Positions 1 through 5,652 of a stretch of 6,986 bases of DNA are shown here, in pieces. The stretch is from Promethearchaeota archaeon. Its GTDB lineage: Archaea; Asgardarchaeota; Odinarchaeia; Odinarchaeales; JBHLKK01. Within the stretch, counting starts at the first letter, position 1, and each line of letters opens with the position of its first letter. Position numbers and translations under genes: made by a program. The notes under the pieces are model-generated. The model saw nothing but the letters and a program-made list of their open reading frames with translations. It had not been told where the DNA came from and did no database searches. Location: contig JBHLPL010000103.1 in the NCBI GenBank assembly GCA_048939465.1, forward strand, positions 1 through 6,986, in the 5' to 3' direction.

Positions 1-2603
1 CCACCACCTTTCGGTGATACTGTAACGTAGTTGACATCGCTATCGTTTACAACAGTGCAGTTGATCGTAGTACCATCAGTTAATCCTGTAACACCGACTC
101 TATTTGCTAAGGAAACGTATATTCCAAACTGTAACTCTGTGGGACTGGCATTATAATTCAGCGAAGACACCACACCAACATGAACCGATGATTCAGCAAG
201 CAGCCAATCAAGTGTATTTTGCGCCAGTTGTAGATTATCTAAATCATCAATTAGATCATAGTAGAATGCAAGTTCGTTAGCAAAAACTGCGACTCTTCCA
301 CCACTCGGATGTTGATATACCGCCAATACAGGTTCATTTTGATAACTGGCAATTGTTTGAGCAGGTGAAGAGACCTGCAATGGTGACCCAGAGCCCAAAG
401 TATAGCTGCTAACTCCGGCAGTTATTGGGTGGGTACCAATATCTGTAACAGTTATGTCTGCAGAAGTAAGTCTAGTTATCCCGAGGTCCTCAACCCTTAC
501 AATGCTTTCACCGTATGAAGTTTTATATTGAATACCGTAAGGGGCAAGAAGTCTGTTCAGAGCTTCCCCCGCAGTAAATGGATAGTACGACCCGAGCACC
601 AACAGAGATCCGCCTTCACTTACAAACTGGTGAATGGCAGTTGTCTCTGATTCTGTGAAATCGAGCTCAATATCAGGAAGCATGAGAATATCGTAGTTCT
701 TAAGACTTTCATAGGTAATGAGTCTTTCATTCACATCCACATCGTATCCATAGTCCCCCATTTCTTGTATGAACGTGAGATAGTTGTAATATGGTGAGTC
801 TTCAAAGTCGTAGTTGTGTAGTCTGTCGAAGTATACACGTCCTCTCGGAAGTTCTACGGTGAACGAAATGGAAATGTTGTGCAAACTGACTCCGTCAGTT
901 GCATTAAGGATTTCTATTCTTCCAGAATAAGCTCCGATCCCAGTATCAACGGGTAAAGTGATGTTTACTCCGATCTCGGCCAGATCAACAACATATAGTT
1001 CCCATGTTCCATTTGTTTGGTACGTTGAATTTCCCAGCGTAATGAACGAAGAGGCGCTGCCGGTTCCAATATTTGTTACGTTAAGGTCAACAGGTTCTCC
1101 GGTAATGAAGGCTACATTGATCGAGAGTGTATCTCCAGGGAATCTTACAACCCAAGGATCTAAGGGAATCGCGTCTGGAAGAATCGTGGTAATCGGTATT
1201 TTCCCGCCAGATACGGTTGAGTTGCGAACATCCAGATAACTCAGTGCAGTAGACACATTTATCCTTCCGGATCCTTGGACATTGGCGTCATAGCCAGCCA
1301 ATTCATCTGCAGTCTCCATCAAGGCTACACGAAACGCGTGAGGATTGTTCACAAGGTTTGGAAAAGCCTGCATAAGTAGAGCGACTGCTCCAGCCACATG
1401 CGGAGTGGCCATGCTCGTGCCACTTAAAGTAAGATAATCTCCGCCAGATCCCGGTATAACCCCTCCTTCAAAACCATAGTATGTTGCGGCAATTTCCATT
1501 ATCGAGTCAGGGGACAGCGGGGCAACTATGTTATCACCAGGGGCAACAACGTCGGGGTCAACCCGGTTGTCTAATGCTGGTCCCTTGCTGCTGAAAGAAG
1601 TCATTTCATCATCAAGATCACTAGCTCCAACCGTTATCACACCTCTGGCTGATCCTGGAGAGTCTCCGCTCAAATAATACGGTCCACCGTTTCCGGCAGC
1701 GACCACAACCACTACGCCTTGAGCCACAGCATTGTCCACAGCTGTGGATAGTGGATCATCGGGATCAGGTGTTCCCCCACCTATACTCATGCTCAAAATA
1801 TCGGCACCAGCAGTGAGAACGCTCCACTGAACCGCAGCGATTATATCTGACGAGTATCCAAATCCTGCACCATTGATACACTTTGCGTTTACTAGTTGAG
1901 CTTCAGGAGCCACACCCTTATACATGTAGCTTGAGGCTTCACCTGTTCCTGCAGCAGTTCCTGCGACGTGAGTTCCGTGACCATTCAGATCGGTGGTTTC
2001 CAGTTCGTCTGTCGCAAATGAGCGAGCGGCAACGACTTTTCCGCTGTCTAGGTCTGGATGCGTATCATTTATACCTGTGTCAAGGATCGCAATTTTTATC
2101 CCCTGTCCGAGATATCCTTGCGAATGTACATAGGGGGCACCAATAGCATCAAGGCCCGTTTCATATATAGCCTGTATTTGAGCAGATTCAATCGTATCAG
2201 CAGGTTCAGGAACCCAGTAGATGTTGTCATGATATATTTTTCGGACAAATGGAAGTTCAGCAATATCTGGAACTCTACCTAAAGGCAATTCCCCGCTTAC
2301 TGCAGAGATTATTGAATACTCATAAAGTTCTTCGTAAGAGCCGCCTATTTTGGTCTTAATGGTCTCCGAGGCCAGAGCTGAGTCCAGTCCATCCTTGAAG
2401 GTGATTATGATTCTTGTGGGCGTGTTAACATCCTCTGAATTAAGAGCGTCCTGAAGCACGGAGTCTAATTTGGAGTTCAGCAGTAACATATTATTTCCCT
2501 GGTACAGGGTAAGTCCAAAAGCAATTGATGCAGCAAAGAATACGTTAGATACCAGCAGAGTAAGTAAAATCATTGAGCCCAATTCTCTTTGAAATCGTCT
2601 CAT
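1..2603 (-). CDS. Secreted S8 (subtilisin-like) serine protease with I9-like propeptide and long C-terminal extension; 3'-partial, 867 codons in window
   Basis: Manually translated from ATG at 2603 (MRRFQRELGSMILLTLLVSNVFFAASIAFG: basic n-region plus hydrophobic h-region). I found no in-frame stop down to position 3, which is probably why the ORF track omits it. Catalytic motifs: IAILDTG (D175, nt 2079-2081), NGHGTHVAG (H209, 1977-1979), VAAGNGG (oxyanion N305, 1689-1691) and SGTSMATPHVAG (S397, 1413-1415). SSKGP..DNRVDPDVVAPG is also present. SD-like GAGGGAG lies 6 nt upstream. Confidence 0.95.
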   Translation of the reverse strand, partial: MRRFQRELGSMILLTLLVSNVFFAASIAFGLTLYQGNNMLLLNSKLDSVLQDALNSEDVNTPTRIIITFKDGLDSALASETIKTKIGGSYEELYEYSIISAVSGELPLGRVPDIAELPFVRKIYHDNIYWVPEPADTIESAQIQAIYETGLDAIGAPYVHSQGYLGQGIKIAILDTGINDTHPDLDSGKVVAARSFATDELETTDLNGHGTHVAGTAAGTGEASSYMYKGVAPEAQLVNAKCINGAGFGYSSDIIAAVQWSVLTAGADILSMSIGGGTPDPDDPLSTAVDNAVAQGVVVVVAAGNGGPYYLSGDSPGSARGVITVGASDLDDEMTSFSSKGPALDNRVDPDVVAPGDNIVAPLSPDSIMEIAATYYGFEGGVIPGSGGDYLTLSGTSMATPHVAGAVALLMQAFPNLVNNPHAFRVALMETADELAGYDANVQGSGRINVSTALSYLDVRNSTVSGGKIPITTILPDAIPLDPWVVRFPGDTLSINVAFITGEPVDLNVTNIGTGSASSFITLGNSTYQTNGTWELYVVDLAEIGVNITLPVDTGIGAYSGRIEILNATDGVSLHNISISFTVELPRGRVYFDRLHNYDFEDSPYYNYLTFIQEMGDYGYDVDVNERLITYESLKNYDILMLPDIELDFTESETTAIHQFVSEGGSLLVLGSYYPFTAGEALNRLLAPYGIQYKTSYGESIVRVEDLGITRLTSADITVTDIGTHPITAGVSSYTLGSGSPLQVSSPAQTIASYQNEPVLAVYQHPSGGRVAVFANELAFYYDLIDDLDNLQLAQNTLDWLLAESSVHVGVVSSLNYNASPTELQFGIYVSLANRVGVTGLTDGTTINCTVVNDSDVNYVTVSPKGG
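195..845 (-). other. Class-I glutamine-amidotransferase-like fold domain (GIFT/DUF4350-type) inside the protease, about residues 587-803
   Basis: Pattern RVYFDRLHN...GYDV...IT...LKNYDILMLPD..FT.SE..AIHQFVSEGGSLLVLG...ALNRLLAPYGI...HPITAGV...GGRVAVF...DNLQLAQNTLDWL. Recognised by eye as the flavodoxin-like GATase1/GIFT/DUF4350 pattern. The domain contains no Cys. Confidence 0.6.
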
Positions 2604-2609
2604 TAATTT

Positions 2610-2616
2610 CTCCCTC
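2610..2616 (-). promoter_or_regulatory. Shine-Dalgarno-like site for the protease
   Basis: Minus strand reads TTTGAGGGAGAAATTA-ATG. Confidence 0.55.
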
Positions 2617-2653
2617 AAAGTGAAATTTGACTGAGTAGTATAGAAGTTTAGAA

Positions 2654-2661
2654 GTTATAAA
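2654..2661 (-). promoter_or_regulatory. Putative archaeal TATA box for the protease gene
   Basis: The minus strand reads TTTATAAC about 50 nt upstream of the ATG, compatible with a short SD-containing leader. The BRE is not convincing. Confidence 0.35.
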
Positions 2662-2680
2662 TCTTATAAGAGTATTGCAT

Positions 2681-2697
2681 AATCACTCACCGAGATA
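2681..2697. promoter_or_regulatory. TGM-like (TrmBL1/Tgr-type) operator candidate
   Basis: AATCAC-TCACC-GAGATA versus the Thermococcales consensus TATCAC-N5-GTGATA gives 10/12 matches with the exact 5-nt spacer. It lies 15 nt upstream of the fbp TATA candidate. Confidence 0.4.
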
Positions 2698-2711
2698 TTG
2701 AACAGCAGATA

Positions 2712-2727
2712 TTTTATAAATATAAAA
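2712..2727 (+). promoter_or_regulatory. Putative TATA box for fbp (symmetric, possibly bidirectional)
   Basis: TTTTATA-AA-TATAAAA contains TTTATAAA at 2713-2720, about 60 nt upstream of the fbp ATG. Confidence 0.5.
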
Positions 2728-2768
2728 CGTTATATCTTGATATCATAGAATAGGCGAGAATCCTAGAA

Positions 2769-2775
2769 GAGGAGG
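2769..2775 (+). promoter_or_regulatory. Shine-Dalgarno for fbp
   Basis: GAGGAGG lies 7 nt before the ATG at 2783. Confidence 0.75.
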
Positions 2776-2782
2776 AAACAAA

Positions 2783-3880
2783 ATGGCTAAGAAGGTTACA
2801 ATTTCTGTAATAAAGGCGGATGTGGGATCACTATGTGGCCATCACGTTGTTCACCCAGAGCTGATGAAACTCGCAAGAAAGATGTTGGAAGATGGAAGGA
2901 AAGATGGTGTCATTATTGATTACTTCGTTACCAATTGCGGCGACGATCTTGAACTCATTATGACTCACAGAAACGGAGAGGACAACGATAAGGTTCATGG
3001 GCTGGCTTGGAACACCTTCCTTAAGGCTGCCGACAAGGCCAAGGATATGCAGCTTTATGGAGCAGGACAAGACATACTCGGTGAAGCTTTTTCCGGAAAC
3101 GTAAGAGGAATGGGACCAGGGGCGGCCGAATTGGAGTTTGAAGAAAGAGCAAGCGACCCTATAGTTGTATTCATGATGGATAAAACGGAGCCGGGCGCTT
3201 TTAATCTTCCTTTGTTTAGAGTGTTTGCAGATCCATTCAACACGGCAGGATTGACAATAGATCCGAATATTCACCAAGGATTCATTTTTGAGATTATGGA
3301 TGTTCATGAAGACAAGGTTGTGAGCCTCAAGTGTCCAGAGGAGACGTATGATTTGCTGGCACTTATCGGAACAACAGGACGCTATGTAATTCGGAAGGTC
3401 TTTAGGCATGACGGTCTACCAGCAGCTGCTTGTTCAACAACACGTCTGTCATTGATAGCAGGCAAATATGTTGGGAAGGATGATCCCGTAGCCGTTGTAA
3501 GAGCGCAAAAAGGGTTGCCTGCGGTTGGCGAAGTACTGGAACCGTTTTCTTTCCCCCACCTCGTAGCAGGTTGGATGAGAGGAAGTCATCGGGGACCGTT
3601 AATGCCAGTCTCTCAACGAGATGCAAAGTGTACAAGGTTTGACGGCCCACCCAGAGTACTTGCACTAGGTTTTCAATTGAATAAAGGACGTCTAGTGGGA
3701 CCTGCAGACATGTTTGACGATCCAGCATTTGATTTAACAAGACAGAAGGCAAACGAGATTGGCGATTACATAAGACGGCATGGACCGTTTGAGCCAAGCA
3801 GATTGGGTCCAGAAGAGTTAGAATACACAACGTTGCCTCAAGTTCTAGAAAAGCTAAAGGATCGCTTTAAAGAGGCATAA
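2783..3880 (+). CDS. fbp: Bifunctional fructose-1,6-bisphosphate aldolase/phosphatase (class V FBPase)
   Basis: 365 aa with family motifs KADVG (D13), GH (H20), GDD (D54/D55), GAGQD, FSGNVRGMGPG, DKTEPGAFN (D133/K134), DPFNTAGL, AGKYVGKDDP (Y229 and Schiff-base K232), GWMRGSH, FDGPPRV and HGPFEP.RL...LEYTT (E347/Y348). Strong SD. Confidence 0.98.
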   Translation: MAKKVTISVIKADVGSLCGHHVVHPELMKLARKMLEDGRKDGVIIDYFVTNCGDDLELIMTHRNGEDNDKVHGLAWNTFLKAADKAKDMQLYGAGQDILGEAFSGNVRGMGPGAAELEFEERASDPIVVFMMDKTEPGAFNLPLFRVFADPFNTAGLTIDPNIHQGFIFEIMDVHEDKVVSLKCPEETYDLLALIGTTGRYVIRKVFRHDGLPAAACSTTRLSLIAGKYVGKDDPVAVVRAQKGLPAVGEVLEPFSFPHLVAGWMRGSHRGPLMPVSQRDAKCTRFDGPPRVLALGFQLNKGRLVGPADMFDDPAFDLTRQKANEIGDYIRRHGPFEPSRLGPEELEYTTLPQVLEKLKDRFKEA

Positions 3881-3886
3881 CCATCC

Positions 3887-3908
3887 TCTTTTTCTTTCTG
3901 ATTTCTTT
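3887..3908 (+). terminator. T-rich archaeal-type terminator for fbp
   Basis: CTCTTTTTCTTTCTGATTTCTTT begins within 10 nt of the fbp stop codon. Confidence 0.5.
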
Positions 3909-3925
3909 GCTTGAAATGGTTTTGC

Positions 3926-4726
3926 CTATGTCTCGGATATCATTGACTCGACTTTGTCTTTCAGTTTACTAATGGCCTGAACAGCCGGACAATCCGGTGA
4001 ATACTCGATAGGGGCCACACCGGCTATATCTGCTTCTATCATTTTAGGATCAAAAGGTATCTCAGCCAAGATATTCAAATCTAGCTGCCTTAGTTTTGAT
4101 TTGGCAGTTTTTGCTTCCTTTTCGCTTCTCACCTTATTTAGGATCATATATATTTGGCCTATGCCGAGATCATCTGCAAGAGTAGAGATGCGCTTGGCCA
4201 CTTCGATGGACTTCATCCCAGGTTCAACCATTACCAACATTATATCAACACCTTTGGTTGTTCCTCTGCCTAAATGTTCGACTCCTGCTTCCATGTCCAT
4301 TACGACCAAGTCCCTACGCTCAAGTATTAGATGATGCATAAGAGCGCGAATTAAAGCATTTTCGGGGCAAAAACACCCAGTACCGCCCTGTTCAATTGTG
4401 CCCAACACCAGTAGATTTACATCATCTGGTCCTACAACACCGAACTTCCCCACTATATCATCAACCTTAGGATTTAGTTTAAAGACCTGTCCAAATCCGG
4501 TTCCTGAAGATACACCTGTTCGTTCTTCAGCCAATTCAACATTTTTCGCAAGTGGGACTATTCGTGCGGCGACATCAGGCGCAATACCAATAGTAGACGC
4601 AAGATTTATGTTGGGATCGACATCAACGGCTAACACCCTATACCCATCCCTAGCAAATAGCCTTGCCAGGGTGCCCGCCACAATCGATTTACCTGTACCG
4701 CCTTTTCCTGCAACACCAACCTTCAA
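3926..4726 (-). CDS. cooC: CooC1-type nickel-insertion ATPase (CO dehydrogenase maturation factor)
   Basis: Deviant Walker A GKGGTGKS, DVDPNINL, FKLNPKVDD, Ni-binding GGTGCFCPEN (CxC) and DMEAGVEHLGRGT..GVD. The track starts at TTG 4732. I prefer TTG 4726 (MKVGVAGKGG) because the SD GGGGGT (4733-4738) abuts 4732 but lies 6 nt from 4726. Confidence 0.93.
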   Translation of the reverse strand: MKVGVAGKGGTGKSIVAGTLARLFARDGYRVLAVDVDPNINLASTIGIAPDVAARIVPLAKNVELAEERTGVSSGTGFGQVFKLNPKVDDIVGKFGVVGPDDVNLLVLGTIEQGGTGCFCPENALIRALMHHLILERRDLVVMDMEAGVEHLGRGTTKGVDIMLVMVEPGMKSIEVAKRISTLADDLGIGQIYMILNKVRSEKEAKTAKSKLRQLDLNILAEIPFDPKMIEADIAGVAPIEYSPDCPAVQAISKLKDKVESMISET

Positions 4727-4775
4727 ATGCAAACCCCCAAATCTTCTGAATCATTAACGCAACAGCACTGCTATC

Positions 4776-5591
4776 TCAGTCAGGTTTGAGAAGATTCAGA
4801 AATGCCTGTTCTGGCAAGAGATCGATTTTCATCACAATTCTCTCTACAGCCTTTACGGCAGGCGAATTATCAGGTAGAGACAAAAGAGACTTGCCCACCA
4901 TATTGTAGTTCATTATGTTGGAATCTTGCTGTATAATTCCTGCAAATTTCATACCGATTTCTGTTGCCTCCTCGCTAAGAGTGTTCTCCATATCGGGAGA
5001 AAATCCGTTACCGATAAGATACATTTCTTTCAGGCCGATATGGACTTCTTCAGTTATTTCCTTTATTCTCCGAGCCGTCTCAAGACCCATTTTCGAAGGG
5101 TCTGTAACTACGAGCATAATGTCTACGTCCCGATCAGTTCTACGACTGAGATGTTCAAGACCAGCTTCCATATCCATCAAGGTAATAGTATAATTTCTGG
5201 ATAAGGTATCTAAGATCTTTGTAAGAACACTATTTACGTAACAGTAACATCCTTCGCCCTCAGAACGCCCCATCGCAAGCAAGTCGAATTGGGGCGTTTC
5301 TACCAATACATCATATACCCATGCTTCCAGTAAATCGCTTTTTGACACGGAAGCAGCAATGGTTCCTTGCTCTACTTCTTTCCTGAGTTTAGCTGCGGTC
5401 ATTCCTACAGTATTACTTATCTTGACACCAAGGACTCCTGGAAGATTTACCGCAGGGTCGGCATCAACAGCGAGAATACTTCTTATGCCTTCATGCTTAT
5501 TCTTCAGCAAGATCTTTAGGATTAGGGCCACAACAGTAGTTTTTCCACTTCCACCCTTACCTGAAACCGAAATTACTAGCTTCTTGTTCAA
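4776..5591 (-). CDS. acsF: AcsF/CooC2-type nickel-insertion ATPase (likely acetyl-CoA synthase maturation)
   Basis: GKGGSGKTT, DADPAVNL, MGRSEGEGCYCYVN (the AcsF-type GRxEGxGCYC motif) and DMEAGLEHLSRRT.RDVD. TTG start, with an in-frame TAG two codons upstream. Family assignment is certain; the subfamily is inferred from the motif. Confidence 0.85.
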   Translation of the reverse strand: MNKKLVISVSGKGGSGKTTVVALILKILLKNKHEGIRSILAVDADPAVNLPGVLGVKISNTVGMTAAKLRKEVEQGTIAASVSKSDLLEAWVYDVLVETPQFDLLAMGRSEGEGCYCYVNSVLTKILDTLSRNYTITLMDMEAGLEHLSRRTDRDVDIMLVVTDPSKMGLETARRIKEITEEVHIGLKEMYLIGNGFSPDMENTLSEEATEIGMKFAGIIQQDSNIMNYNMVGKSLLSLPDNSPAVKAVERIVMKIDLLPEQAFLNLLKPD

Positions 5592-5627
5592 GGTCTATCA
5601 TCTTTCCTTTCTTCGGCAATAGAATAG

Positions 5628-5635
5628 TACTTAAA
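5628..5635 (-). promoter_or_regulatory. Putative TATA box for the cooC pair
   Basis: The minus strand reads TTTAAGTA, 36 nt upstream of the TTG start and just after the cdhE T8 tract. The BRE match is weak. Confidence 0.35.
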
Positions 5636-5642
5636 GCAATAT

Positions 5643-5650
5643 AAAAAAAA
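5643..5650 (-). terminator. Oligo-T terminator after cdhE
   Basis: The minus strand reads TGA-TA-TTTTTTTT, a T8 run 2 nt after the stop codon. Confidence 0.55.
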
Positions 5651-5652
5651 TA

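Noticed and set aside
3-19. GTGATA half-site resembling the TGM
   Set aside because: It lies inside coding sequence, and the matching first half-site (ACCACC) is absent.
570-620. Possible amidotransferase or second peptidase activity of the GATase-like domain
   Set aside because: The nucleophile-elbow position (GGSLLVLG) carries Gly and the domain has no Cys.
958-2282. Plus-strand ORFs 958-1239, 1883-2146 and 2058-2282
   Set aside because: Antisense shadows of the protease gene with no recognisable motifs.
2583-2603. Possible twin-arginine (Tat) signal in MRRFQRE
   Set aside because: It does not fit S/T-R-R-x-F-L-K, since the residues after RR are F-Q-R. A Sec-type signal is more likely.
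2831-3830. Minus-strand ORFs 2831-3409, 3055-3243 and 3402-3830
   Set aside because: They lie entirely antisense to the highly conserved fbp and show no protein-family features.
4101-5622. Plus-strand ORFs 4101-4334, 4398-4757, 4915-5193, 4926-5204 and 5359-5622
   Set aside because: Antisense to the two cooC genes, with the Ser/Pro/Thr-rich composition typical of reverse-frame shadows.
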